Source: Frankiales bacterium (GTDB taxonomy: Bacteria > Actinomycetota > Actinomycetes > Mycobacteriales > SCTD01). Taken from it: a DNA stretch of 43,805 nt. Under the pieces are notes generated by a model. That model was not told the DNA's origin and searched no databases. It saw only the letters and a program-made list of their open reading frames with translations. The stretch is from assembly GCA_025965615.1 (NCBI GenBank), contig JAOPWP010000087.1:1-43805 (forward strand), given 5' to 3'. Both the position numbers and the translations under genes were made by a program. The stretch's first letter is position 1, and each line of letters opens with the position of its first letter. Below are positions 26,644 to 36,213 of the stretch, one piece after another.

Positions 26644-28137
26644 CTAGTCCGCTCCCCGGTCGCCCTTCCAGCGCGCCAGCTTTCCGCCCCGGGAGACAGC
26701 CCGCAGCCGGGCCTCGGTCTCGTCGCGGACCGCTCCGGTCGTCACGACCAGGAGCTGGTCGCCATGGGCGAAGTAGGTGTGCTGGTCCGGCACGATGGTC
26801 CGTCCGCCGCGGACGATCAGCGTGACGTGGGCCCCGACGGGCAGTCGCAGCTCCTCGACGTAGACGCCGTGCAGCTTCGAGGTGGGGGCGACCTTGAGCT
26901 GCAGCAGGTCCGCGCGCAGCTGCTCGAGCGAGGCGACCTCGATCTCGGTGTCCATGGCCAGGTTGCTGTCGACCACGCCGAGGCGACGACCGACCCAGGG
27001 CAGGGTGGGCGCCGTGACCAGGGTGTAGACGACGACCAGGACGAACACGACGTCGAGGACGCGTTCGGCCCCCACGACGCCCTCCGTGATCGGGATGGTG
27101 GCGATGACGATCGGCACCGCCCCCCGCAGCCCTGCCCACGACAGGAACACCTGCTCCTTCCAGGGCAGCCGGAAGGGCAGCGCCGACAGCGCGACAGCCA
27201 TCGGCCTCGCGAGGAACGTGGCTACCGCGCCGATGAACAGGGCCTCGGGCACGGCTGAGAGCAACCGGTCGGGGCTGACGAGCAGGCCGAGGAGCACGAA
27301 CAGGCCGGCTTCTGCGAGCAGCGCCGTCGAGCTGGCGAAGCCGAGGACGGCCCGCCGGTGGGGCAGCGGCGAGTTGCCGAGCACCAGAGCCGCTACATAG
27401 ACGGCGAGAAAGCCGGACAGGTGGAGCGCCTGGCCAGAGGCGAAGGCCAACAGGCACAGGGCGACCGTCGCCAGCGGGTACAGCCCGGAGGTGGGCAGCG
27501 CTGCCCGCACCAGGAGCTCCCGTCCGAGGCGCCCGACGAGGAGACCGAGGGCGACGCCGCCGACGAGCTCCACCAGGACCGTGCCCACTCCCGTCAGCAC
27601 CGAGGTGCGCCCCCAGGCATCGGACGATGCCAGCACGACCAGCACCACGACCGGAGCGTCGTTGAGCCCCGACTCGGCCTCGAGCACCGAGCTGATCCGG
27701 CCCTGCAGGGGCAGCCGGCGGAGCACGCTGAAGACGGCCGCGGCATCCGTCGACGCCACGACGCTGCCGAGGATCACGGCCGTACGCATGTCGGCGCCGA
27801 GGACCAGGACGACCAGGCCGGCGACCACTGCCACGCTGATCGCGACCCCGACGGTGGCGAGGACGACGGCGAAGGGCAGCACCGGCCGCACGACCGACCA
27901 GCGTGTCGTCAGCCCTCCCTCGGCGAGGATCAGCGCGAGAGCCAGGAGCCCGAGCTCGGCCGTCAGGCCGTAGTCGGAGAACTGGATGCCGAGACCGGCC
28001 TCACCGACGACGAGCCCGACCGCCAGGTAGATCAGCAGCGACGGCAGCCCCGTCCTGCTCGCCAGCCGCACGGCGACGACCGCGACGAGCAGCAGGGCGG
28101 ACGATCCGAGCAGGATCGTGTTGAAGTCGCCCTCCAC
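26644..28137 (-). CDS. cvrA: Potassium/proton antiporter (CPA1, NhaP2/CvrA) with C-terminal TrkA-C domain
   Basis: ASTDAAAVFS, LEAESGLNDAP, SWAGLRGAVPI. Confidence 0.92.
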   Translation of the reverse strand: MEGDFNTILLGSSALLLVAVVAVRLASRTGLPSLLIYLAVGLVVGEAGLGIQFSDYGLTAELGLLALALILAEGGLTTRWSVVRPVLPFAVVLATVGVAISVAVVAGLVVLVLGADMRTAVILGSVVASTDAAAVFSVLRRLPLQGRISSVLEAESGLNDAPVVVLVVLASSDAWGRTSVLTGVGTVLVELVGGVALGLLVGRLGRELLVRAALPTSGLYPLATVALCLLAFASGQALHLSGFLAVYVAALVLGNSPLPHRRAVLGFASSTALLAEAGLFVLLGLLVSPDRLLSAVPEALFIGAVATFLARPMAVALSALPFRLPWKEQVFLSWAGLRGAVPIVIATIPITEGVVGAERVLDVVFVLVVVYTLVTAPTLPWVGRRLGVVDSNLAMDTEIEVASLEQLRADLLQLKVAPTSKLHGVYVEELRLPVGAHVTLIVRGGRTIVPDQHTYFAHGDQLLVVTTGAVRDETEARLRAVSRGGKLARWKGDRGAD

Positions 28138-28194
28138 GCCCCGCCCTCCTGACCCGCCCCGCTCCGCCCGACCCCTCGCCCGACCGTCGCAGGA

Positions 28195-30774
28195 CTAGCT
28201 CCTCGCGCTCCCCGCCCGTGCCGGCCGGGGCGGCGGCCGACGCTTGGCAGGACGGCGCTGCGCCGAGCTCGACGTCTTGCGCTTGGGCATCGGCGGCGGC
28301 GCGGAGTTGCGCTGCTCGAACAGCAGCACCAGCGGCGACGCCACGAACGCCGAGGAGTAGGTGCCGACGAACAGGCCGATCAGCAGGGCCAGGGCGAAGT
28401 CGGTCAGCGAGCGGCCACCGAGGACGGTCAGGGCCCCGAGGATGAAGAACGCGCCGATGCCGGTGTTGATCGTACGAGGCGCCGTCGCGATGATGGCCGA
28501 GTTCACCACCTGGGCAAGCGGTTTCGTGCGGTTCTTCGCCCACGTCTCGCGGATGCGGTCCATCGTGACGACCGAGTCGTTGACCGACACACCGATGATG
28601 GTCAGCGCCGCCGCGAGGAAGATCCCGTCGATCGGCTTGCCCAGCCAGGCGAAGATGCCGAGGACGATCACCACGTCGTGGAACATCGCGAGCACGGTGC
28701 CCGCCGCGAAGGTCCACCGGAACCGCACCGCGAGGTAGGCCAGCTGGGCGAGCAGGGCGATGGCGAGGGCCAGGATCGCCTTCGTGCGCAGCTCGTCGCC
28801 GAGCGTCGGGCCGATCAGGTCATCGCTGTTGATGCGGACGTCGCCGCCGACGCTCGCCAGCCCGGCCCGCACCTGCTCGACCTGGGCGTCGTCGATGTTG
28901 CCGGTGCGCACGGTGATGTTCTCGCCGTTGCTCTCCTGCACGACGGCGGTCGGGAAGCCCGCGTCGCTGACGGCCCGGCGGGCGTCCGCCACGGAAACGC
29001 TCTGGCTCGTCGCGTACTCCACGACGCGGCCGCCGGTGAACTCCACCCCGAAGTTGAAGCCCCGGACGAACATGCCCGCCACGGCCACCAGGAGCACGGC
29101 ACCGGTGATGACGAGGTAGCGCTTGCGCCACTGCATCAGGTCGGGCTGCCGGCGCTCGAGCCACACGCGGAACCGGCCGAGCGAGGCGAGGCCCGTGATC
29201 CCCGGTCGCTTGTTCAGCAGCCCGCGCTTGAGGCCGAACTCGGTGAAGACCCGGGTGACCAGCAGCGCCGAGACGACGGAGGCGAGCACGCCGATCACGA
29301 GGGTGACACCGAAGCCCCTGACCGGCCCGGCGGCCAGCAGGAACAGCAGGCCCGCGGCCAGCAGCGTCGTGATGTTGGAGTCGGCGATCGCGCTGAACGC
29401 CTTGGCGAAGCCGTTGTCGAGCGCCGGCATGAGCCGCTTGCTGCGCGAGGCGGCGTACTCCTCGCGGGCACGTTCGAAGACGAGGACGTTCGCGTCGATC
29501 GCGAGGCCGGCCGACAGCAGCAGACCACCGAGCCCGGGGAGCGTGAGCGTCGCACCGAGGGCGACCAGCGCGCCGTAGGAGATGAGGCCGTAGCTGGCGA
29601 GCGCCACGGCGGCGAGGAACCCGACGAAGCGGTAGACGACGACCAGGAAGATCGTCGTCAGGACGAGGCCGATGATCCCGGCGCGGATGCTGGCGTCGAT
29701 CGCCTCCTGACCGAGGGTCGGGCCGACGGTGCTGCGAGAGATGATCTCGACCGGTACGGGCAGGGAGCCGCCCTTGATGAGAACGGCGAGCTCGGTGCCC
29801 GTCTCGAGGGTGAAGTCGCCCGTGATCTGGGTGCTGCCGCCCTGGATGCCCACGCCGCACTGCACGTTGGGGTTGGGGGGCGGGGAGGTGATCGCCTTGC
29901 CGTCGAGCACGATGGCGACGCGCCGCTTCGGGTCGCCGATCGGCTGGCAGGCCGCCTGCGCCGTGAGCTCCTCCCACTGACGACCGCCGTCCCCCTGGAA
30001 CTCGATCGTGACGAAGCGACCGGTCCCGGTCTGGGGGTCGACGCCGGTCGAGGCGTCGCCGACGCCCTCGCCGGTGAAGACCGCCGGTCCGACGACGATC
30101 GGCCGGCCGTCCTCGTCGAGGATCGTCTGCTGCTGGGTCGGGTCGAAGGCCGTCGGAGGGGTGGGCGGGGCGTCCGGAAGGATCGGGACCTCCTCCTCGA
30201 CCGGGGCCGGCGGAACGACGGGAGCGGCCGGGTCGACGGGAGGGGACGGGGCCTGGTCCACCGGAAGCCCGACCGCCGCGCGGTTCTGCGGCGCAGGAGC
30301 AGGCACGGCCCCCGGCGCGGGGACGGTGGCCGGGGCGGGGACGGTGGCCGGAGCGGGGGCTCCGGAGGGCGTCTGCCCGCTGGGGTCGACCACCTCGGGC
30401 TGGCGTCCTGCCGTCGGGTCAGGCGCGGCCAGGACGGCGTGGAACGTGAGCTGCGCGGTCTTGCCGAGCTGGTCTGCGGCCCTGGCTGCGTCCTGCACGC
30501 CTGGCAGCTCGACGATGATGCGGTTGCTGCCGGACCGGGCGAGCGTCGGCTCGGACACGCCGAGGGCGTCCACGCGGCGGCGGAGCACCTCGAGAGCACG
30601 ATCGGTGGCCTCGGCGTCTGCCTCGGTCGTGGGCGAGTCCTTGGTCTCCAGGGTGATGGACGTGCCACCCCGCAGGTCGAGGCCCAGCTTGGGTTCGCGG
30701 TCGATCGCGAAGAAGGCCGACAGGCCGAGGATCAGCAGCGCCGCGAGGGCGCGGAGGACGGGAGGACGGGTCAC
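28195..30774 (-). CDS. secDF: Protein translocase SecDF fusion
   Basis: LGLDLRGG, RIIVELPG, VGPTLG, IDANVLVFER, IADSNITT, GVEFTGG, HDVV, SVNDSVV..DRIRE, GTYSS. Confidence 0.95.
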   Translation of the reverse strand: MTRPPVLRALAALLILGLSAFFAIDREPKLGLDLRGGTSITLETKDSPTTEADAEATDRALEVLRRRVDALGVSEPTLARSGSNRIIVELPGVQDAARAADQLGKTAQLTFHAVLAAPDPTAGRQPEVVDPSGQTPSGAPAPATVPAPATVPAPGAVPAPAPQNRAAVGLPVDQAPSPPVDPAAPVVPPAPVEEEVPILPDAPPTPPTAFDPTQQQTILDEDGRPIVVGPAVFTGEGVGDASTGVDPQTGTGRFVTIEFQGDGGRQWEELTAQAACQPIGDPKRRVAIVLDGKAITSPPPNPNVQCGVGIQGGSTQITGDFTLETGTELAVLIKGGSLPVPVEIISRSTVGPTLGQEAIDASIRAGIIGLVLTTIFLVVVYRFVGFLAAVALASYGLISYGALVALGATLTLPGLGGLLLSAGLAIDANVLVFERAREEYAASRSKRLMPALDNGFAKAFSAIADSNITTLLAAGLLFLLAAGPVRGFGVTLVIGVLASVVSALLVTRVFTEFGLKRGLLNKRPGITGLASLGRFRVWLERRQPDLMQWRKRYLVITGAVLLVAVAGMFVRGFNFGVEFTGGRVVEYATSQSVSVADARRAVSDAGFPTAVVQESNGENITVRTGNIDDAQVEQVRAGLASVGGDVRINSDDLIGPTLGDELRTKAILALAIALLAQLAYLAVRFRWTFAAGTVLAMFHDVVIVLGIFAWLGKPIDGIFLAAALTIIGVSVNDSVVTMDRIRETWAKNRTKPLAQVVNSAIIATAPRTINTGIGAFFILGALTVLGGRSLTDFALALLIGLFVGTYSSAFVASPLVLLFEQRNSAPPPMPKRKTSSSAQRRPAKRRPPPRPARAGSARS
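30300..30360 (-). repeat. 18-bp tandem repeat encoding PAPATV units in a SecDF Pro-rich insertion
   Basis: ggggacggtggccggggc / ggggacggtggccggagc; protein PAPATVPAPATVPAPGAVPAP. Confidence 0.65.
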
Positions 30775-30780
30775 AGCGGA

Positions 30781-30852
30781 GTCTCCAGAGGGGGCGGCCT
30801 AGGGCCGGGGCGGCAGGGTCACGTCGGTGCCTGCCGCCGGTGGAGGACCCCG
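30781..30852 (-). promoter_or_regulatory. Anti-SD/SD RNA structure coupling the leader ORF to secDF translation
   Basis: mRNA GUCCUCCA (Gly-Pro-Pro codons, 30848-30841) is complementary to UGGAGAC (secDF SD, 30787-30781). It encloses a 9-bp perfect stem GGCGGCAGG/CCUGCCGCC (30838-30830 / 30817-30809). Confidence 0.6.
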
Positions 30853-31266
30853 GCTGCTGCGAGCGCCCGTCGCCGGTGACGCCGGGGCCTCACGAGGTGC
30901 GGCCGACAGTGACGGGGACGGGCCCCGGGGCGCGTCGGCGCTCCCCCGTCCGGGCCCGTCGGAGTCCGGCGGGTGCACCGGCGCCGGGACCCCCGCGAGG
31001 GGGACCGCGAGCGCTTCGAGGGTCCGCAGCGGGGCCTCTTGGTCAGAGGCGCTCAGCCCACCCCCCCGTCCCGTCGCCGGGACGGCAGACGCGGTGCCAG
31101 GTGTCGTTGCGGCGGTGACCGGCGCACTCCGCCCGGGCGACCGGGCGAGGTCCCACCCGCCGCAGGCCAGGACGAGGAGGGCCATCACCAGCGCGAGGAC
31201 GGCGCGGATGCCCGAGCTGTCAGGCGCGCGCGTGCTGCGCCGGCTCGGGTCCACGAACCAGGACAC
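30799..31266 (-). CDS. Putative ribosome-arrest leader peptide upstream of secDF (ApdA-like, RGPP motif)
   Basis: N-terminal hydrophobic segment (AVLALVMALLVLAC), low-complexity Pro/Ala/Gly linker, RGPP near the C-terminus (30852-30841), stop 24 nt before the secDF start. Confidence 0.75.
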   Translation of the reverse strand: MSWFVDPSRRSTRAPDSSGIRAVLALVMALLVLACGGWDLARSPGRSAPVTAATTPGTASAVPATGRGGGLSASDQEAPLRTLEALAVPLAGVPAPVHPPDSDGPGRGSADAPRGPSPSLSAAPREAPASPATGARSSRGPPPAAGTDVTLPPRP

Positions 31267-31354
31267 TACGTGCGGGCGAGCCCTTCAGGAGGCGTTCGGC
31301 AGCAGATCAGGCACGCCGACGGTCCTGGCCCCGGGTCGGCGTGACGGATCGGGC

Positions 31355-32968
31355 CTAGCTGCTGGCTGCCACGAGGGGCTCGAGCACGGCATCGGGGTGG
31401 TCGCGCTGGACGCGGGCGAGCCGCCAGTTGCCGGCGAACAGCGCCAGCAGCGCGCCGTCGCTCGTCCGCTCCAGCACCTCGACCCCACTCTCGCGGTCCA
31501 GGACCTGTGCCCACTGGCGGTCGGTACGGCGCGCCATGGAGTACTCGAGGCGGTCCAGGCGCACGGCAGCGGAGAACTCCCCGGCCATCCGGTGCTCGGC
31601 CACCTCGAACTGCATGGGGCCGACCGCTGCGAGCACCGGCGCCTGGTCTCCCCGCAGGTCCGAGCGCAGCACCTGCACCGTGCCCTCCTGCTCGAGCTGC
31701 TCGATGCCGCGGCGGAACTGCTTGTAGCGCCCGGAGTCCACGGCGCGGCAGACCGCGAAGTGCTCGGGGGCGAAGCTCGGGATGGGCGGGAAGGTGACGG
31801 GCTCGTCGACGTAGAGGCTGTCACCCACCCGCAGCGCGGCGGCGTTGACGAGCCCCACCACGTCGCCCGGGTAGGCGCGGTCCACGGTCTCGCGCTCGCG
31901 ACCGAACACCTGCTGGGCGTACTTCGTCGCGAAGGGCTTGCCGGTCGAGGAGTGCGTGACGACCGAGCCCCGCTCGAAGACCCCGGAGCAGACCCGCACG
32001 TAGGCGAGGCGGTCGCGGTGGGCGGTGTCCATGCCGGCCTGGATCTTGAAGACGAAGGCGCTGAAGGGCTTGTCGAGCGAGCGGGGAACCCCCTCGACGT
32101 CCGGTCGCGGCCCGGGCGGTGGAGCGACGGCCAGCAGGGTGTCGAGCAGCTGGCGCACGCCGAAGTTGAGCACCGCCGAGCCGAACAGCACCGGGGTGGT
32201 CACCCCGTCGAGGAAGGTGGACTGCTCGTGGACCTGACCAAGGGCCTCGAGCAGCTCGGTCTCCTCGACCGCGGTGTGCCAGGCCTCCCCCTCCTGCTCG
32301 GCGGCACGCTCGGCAGGCACCCGCTCCTCCGGCGCGATGGTCGCTCCACCCGCGGTCCTGGTGAACCGGAGGAAGTCACCGGTCGAGCGCTCGAGCACGC
32401 CCCGGAAATCACCGGCGATGCCGACCGGCCAGGTGAGCGGCGTCGGCTCCAGCCCGGTGCGGTCCCGGATCTCGTCCATCAGCTGCAGGGCCTCGAGGCC
32501 CGGCCGGTCCCACTTGTTGACGACCGTCAGCACCGGGATCCCCCGGTGGCGGCACACGTCGAACAGCTTCATGGTCTGCGGCTCGAGCCCCTTCGCCGCG
32601 TCGAGGAGCATCACGGCGCAGTCGACCGCGGCCAGCACGCGGTAGGTGTCCTCGGAGAAGTCGGCGTGGCCCGGGGTGTCGACGAGGTTGATCACGCAGT
32701 CGCCGTAGCCGAACTGCAGAGCGGCGGAGCTGATCGAGATGCCGCGCGCCTTCTCCATGTCCATCCAGTCGGACACCGTGCTCTTGCGGCCCGCCTTGCC
32801 GTGGATGGCACCGGCCTGCTGGATCACCCGGGCGTGCAGGGCCAGCGCCTCGGTCAGGGTCGACTTGCCGGCGTCGGGGTGACTGATGACGGCGAAGGTC
32901 CGCCGGCGGACCGCCTCGGTCGTGGCGAGGTCGGTGCTGGCGGGGCGCTCTGCATCCGCCACGGTCAT
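31355..32968 (-). CDS. prfC: Peptide chain release factor 3
   Basis: RRRTFAVISHPDAGKST, SDWMDMEKARGISI, DTPGHADFSEDTYR, NKWD, AVGPMQFEV; TACGAT-N6-ATG. Confidence 0.96.
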   Translation of the reverse strand: MTVADAERPASTDLATTEAVRRRTFAVISHPDAGKSTLTEALALHARVIQQAGAIHGKAGRKSTVSDWMDMEKARGISISSAALQFGYGDCVINLVDTPGHADFSEDTYRVLAAVDCAVMLLDAAKGLEPQTMKLFDVCRHRGIPVLTVVNKWDRPGLEALQLMDEIRDRTGLEPTPLTWPVGIAGDFRGVLERSTGDFLRFTRTAGGATIAPEERVPAERAAEQEGEAWHTAVEETELLEALGQVHEQSTFLDGVTTPVLFGSAVLNFGVRQLLDTLLAVAPPPGPRPDVEGVPRSLDKPFSAFVFKIQAGMDTAHRDRLAYVRVCSGVFERGSVVTHSSTGKPFATKYAQQVFGRERETVDRAYPGDVVGLVNAAALRVGDSLYVDEPVTFPPIPSFAPEHFAVCRAVDSGRYKQFRRGIEQLEQEGTVQVLRSDLRGDQAPVLAAVGPMQFEVAEHRMAGEFSAAVRLDRLEYSMARRTDRQWAQVLDRESGVEVLERTSDGALLALFAGNWRLARVQRDHPDAVLEPLVAASS

Positions 32969-33002
32969 GGGTCCATCGTAGGTGCGGCCTACGCTCGCCG
33001 GC

Positions 33003-33413
33003 ATGACACCGATCGGGTACGACCACAAGGGCTTCGACGCACTGCTCGGCCTGCAGATCACCTCCGCCACCGAGGACGAGGTCCGCGCCGAGTTCACGGT
33101 GCGCCCCGAGCTGCTCCAGCCGTACGGCCTGCTGCACGGCGGCGTGCTCTGCTCCGTCGTCGAGACGGTGGGGAGCGTTGCGGGTGCCGTCTGGTACGGC
33201 GACCGCGGCAACGTCGTCGGCACGAGCAACCACACGAACTTCCTGCGAGCGGTGCGCGAGGGGAAGCTCACGGCGGTGGCGACTCCGATCCACCGCGGAC
33301 GCACCCAGCAGCTGTGGTCGATCGACGTGCGGGACGAGCAGGACCGCCTCGTCGCGCGCGGCGAGCTGCGCGTCGCGAACCTGCCGACCGGCAACCCGGT
33401 CACCGAGGTCTAG
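33003..33413 (+). CDS. PaaI family thioesterase
   Basis: QPYGLLHGG..VETVGS, HRGRTQQLW; TACGCT-N7-ATG. Confidence 0.9.
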   Translation: MTPIGYDHKGFDALLGLQITSATEDEVRAEFTVRPELLQPYGLLHGGVLCSVVETVGSVAGAVWYGDRGNVVGTSNHTNFLRAVREGKLTAVATPIHRGRTQQLWSIDVRDEQDRLVARGELRVANLPTGNPVTEV

Positions 33414-33467
33414 ACCGCGCCCCTGCGACCAGGGGCGCCGGGTGCCTGGCCGGTGCCAGCCTGAGCA

Positions 33468-33707
33468 CGGGTTCACCCAGCCGATCATCCAGCGGGACAC
33501 GATGATCGGTCGGGTGGCCTCCCACGCCCACACCTGCGTACGGGTTCACCCAGCCGATCACCCAGCCGGACGCGATGATCGGTCGGGTGGCCTCCGACGC
33601 CCACACGTGCGTACGGGTCCACCCAGCCGATCAAGCAGCTGGACACGATGATCGGTTGGGTGGTCCTGCAGGCTCGTCGCGTTCGAGCGGGTTCACCCAG
33701 CCGATCA
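33468..33707. repeat. Tandem array of 73-bp palindromic (REP/BIME-like) units, ~3.3 copies
   Basis: cgggt(t/c)cacccagccgatca starts at 33468, 33541, 33614 and 33688; each full unit folds acccagccgatca-N15-tgatcggt(c/t)gggt. Confidence 0.88.
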
Positions 33708-33757
33708 CCTCGAGCGGGGCTGGCCGGCCTTCCGGGCCGGGACCGTCACCGACGGGC

Positions 33758-34990
33758 CTAGACGGCGTCCCTCGGGACGAGGGTGCGGCGGAACGCGAAC
33801 CCCACTGCGGCGGCCGCGACCGCCCCACCCAGGGCGACGAGCAGGGCGGTACGGGCGCTGCTGCTGTCGGCCACCGCGCCCGAGGCGGCAAAGCCGGCGG
33901 CCACGCCGACGCCGAGCCCGGAGTTGAGCCAGCTGAAGCCCTCCGTGCGGGCGGCGGGCGGGACCAGCGGGTCGACGAGACCGAAGGCCCCGATCAGGGA
34001 CGGGCTGATGGCGATGCCGGCGAGCAGGGCTGCTGGCGCCATCAGCGCGACGCTGGGCGCGAAGGTCATGGGGACGAGGCCGAACGCCAGGCCGACCAGG
34101 GCGATCAGGAAGCGCCGGTGCAGCGGCGCTGCCCAGTGCACGAGGCCGTAGCCGAGACCGGCGGCCGCGCTGCCGCCGGCGACGAGGGCCAGCAGAAGCC
34201 CCCCGGCGGCGGCGCTCCCCCGCTCCTCGGCGAAGGCCACCATGCTGACCTCGACGGTGCCGAACAGAACCCCGACGAACAGCATCGAGACGGTGAGCGT
34301 GCGCAGCCCCGGCGAGACCAGGGCGCTCGGGTGTCGGCCGCCTGACGCGCTGCGCACAGGAGGTTCCGTGGAGCGTTGAGCGACGAGCGCGAGGGTGCCG
34401 ATCGCGCCGAGCAGCGCTGCGAGGGCCAGGCCGACCGCGGGGTCGAGCAGGGCGCAGGTCACGACCACGAGAGGACCGAAGACGAAGACCACCTCGTCGA
34501 CGACGCTCTCCCAGGCGTAGGCCTTCGCGATGTCGCCCTGACGGTCGGCTGCGGTCAGCAGGTCGCTCCACCGCGAGCGCACGCACGACCCCAGCTGCGA
34601 GGACGAGGCGCTCATGACCGCAGCGGCGGCGACCAGCCAACCCGCCGGCGCCTGCGTCCCGGCGAGCAGGACCAGTGCGAAGACACCGAGAGTGCTGAGC
34701 CCCAGCGCGAACGGCAGCACGACGCGCTGACCACGGCGGTCCACCGCTCGGGAGATCAGGGGGGCGAGGACGGCGAGTCCCAGGGCGTAGGCCGCGCTGA
34801 CCAGCCCGGCCAGGGCGTACGAGCCGCGGCGGTCCTCGACGAGCAGGACCGTGCCGATGCCCAGCATGGCGATCGGGAGGCGACCGACCGCCGCGGCCCA
34901 CGTGAAGGCTGCGGCGCCGGGCGTGCGCAGGAGCGGGCCGTACCCACGGGTCAGAGCAGGAGAGGAGCCGGCGCCCGCAGTCGCTGTCAC
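33758..34990 (-). CDS. MFS transporter
   Basis: GRLPIAM, motif A-like SRAVDRRG, ESVVDEVVFVFGP, about 12 TM segments. Confidence 0.9.
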   Translation of the reverse strand: MTATAGAGSSPALTRGYGPLLRTPGAAAFTWAAAVGRLPIAMLGIGTVLLVEDRRGSYALAGLVSAAYALGLAVLAPLISRAVDRRGQRVVLPFALGLSTLGVFALVLLAGTQAPAGWLVAAAAVMSASSSQLGSCVRSRWSDLLTAADRQGDIAKAYAWESVVDEVVFVFGPLVVVTCALLDPAVGLALAALLGAIGTLALVAQRSTEPPVRSASGGRHPSALVSPGLRTLTVSMLFVGVLFGTVEVSMVAFAEERGSAAAGGLLLALVAGGSAAAGLGYGLVHWAAPLHRRFLIALVGLAFGLVPMTFAPSVALMAPAALLAGIAISPSLIGAFGLVDPLVPPAARTEGFSWLNSGLGVGVAAGFAASGAVADSSSARTALLVALGGAVAAAAVGFAFRRTLVPRDAV

Positions 34991-36213
34991 ACCGCTTCGG
35001 TGGAGAGGGTGAAACCGGCGGTCCGCAGCCGGTCGGCCAGGAGCCCGCCCATGGCCGTCGCGGGGGTCAGCACGCCCCCGCCCTCCGAGCCGGTCAGGTC
35101 GTCGAGGGCGAGGCAGAGCCCGCTCTGGCCGAGCATGACGGCCGTCGCGGCATAGCCCGGGTCACCCTTCGCCGCGACGGTGGTGCGGTAGCGCGCCCCG
35201 CTCGTGGTCGAGGCCGTGATCTCCATGCGGAAGTGGCCAGCCGCACGCGCCTTCTCGTCGGGCCCGCTGCCCGGTGCGGGCAGCAGCCGGTCGAGCACGG
35301 ACCGGGTCGGACCGAAGCCGAGTCCCGCACTGGCTCCCGCGACACCGGCAGCCGTGCCCGCCGCGAGCACGGGTCCGAGCGGGCTCGACCCGAAGCTCAT
35401 GGCCTCGCTGTAGCGGAAGGTCCGGCCGTAGGCCCAGTCCTGCAAGGCGTTGCTGCGGCGGACGATCCGCGTGTTGAACGGGGCCATGACGAACGGACCG
35501 GTCCAGCGGCGGCCGGACCGGCCGACGACGACCGTGTCGCTCTCGGTGCCGAGCGCCGGCTCGGCCGAGCGATCAGGGGTGAGGGCATAGGGGTCCGCGA
35601 GCACCCGGCGCAGGCCCGGCTGGGCCTTCACCGCGTCGACCTGCGCACGCAGGCTGTCGACGGTGCCCCCGCTGACGCCCCCGCGCATCGAGACGACGAC
35701 GAGTTGGGTGTCGGTGAGCTGGCCCGCCCCGTCAGCGGCAGCCCGCTCGGCCGTCGCCTGGACCCCGAGGTCGGAGGGGATCGAGTCGAAGCCGCAGGCG
35801 TGGACGATCCGCGCGCCTGAGCTCCGAGCCGTCACGTCGGCCGCGTCGATGCTGTCGCGGACGAAGAGCACCTCACCGGTGAGGTCGGCGTAGGAGGTGC
35901 CGGCCGCGGCGCAGGCCTCGACCAGGGGCAGGCCGTACCGCGCGTAGGGGCCGACGGTCGTGACGACCACCCGTGCCTGCTCGGCGAGCCTGGCGACGGC
36001 AGCACGGTCGGAGGAGTCCGCGACGAGAACCGGCCACTCGGACGCGGCCCCACCGAGCTGGTCGCGCACGGCGACGAGCCGGTCCGCCGACCGCCCCGCC
36101 AGGGCGATCGTCGTGCCGGCCGGGGCATGCTCTGCGAGGTAGGCCGCGGTGAGCGCACCGACGAACCCGCTGGCCCCGTAGAGGACGAGGTCGACGTCGG
36201 CAGAAGGCGGCAT
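34987..36213 (-). CDS. Saccharopine dehydrogenase-like NADP-binding oxidoreductase (trans-acting enoyl reductase family)
   Basis: LYGASGFVG, TTVGPY, YADLTGE, CGFDSIPSD, GDPGYAAT, GGVLTPA; TAGCGT-N7-ATG 36213. Confidence 0.88.
   Translation of the reverse strand: MPPSADVDLVLYGASGFVGALTAAYLAEHAPAGTTIALAGRSADRLVAVRDQLGGAASEWPVLVADSSDRAAVARLAEQARVVVTTVGPYARYGLPLVEACAAAGTSYADLTGEVLFVRDSIDAADVTARSSGARIVHACGFDSIPSDLGVQATAERAAADGAGQLTDTQLVVVSMRGGVSGGTVDSLRAQVDAVKAQPGLRRVLADPYALTPDRSAEPALGTESDTVVVGRSGRRWTGPFVMAPFNTRIVRRSNALQDWAYGRTFRYSEAMSFGSSPLGPVLAAGTAAGVAGASAGLGFGPTRSVLDRLLPAPGSGPDEKARAAGHFRMEITASTTSGARYRTTVAAKGDPGYAATAVMLGQSGLCLALDDLTGSEGGGVLTPATAMGGLLADRLRTAGFTLSTEAV

Noticed and set aside
30827-33505. 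892-aa plus-strand ORF and other long antisense ORFs (28678-30879, 38415-40583, 10830-12941, 40796-42868)
   Set aside because: Shadow frames opposite well-supported genes, expected in high-GC DNA; no recognisable motifs.
33468-33707. CRISPR array
   Set aside because: The would-be spacers are near-identical to each other, the palindrome spans most of the unit, and no cas genes are present.
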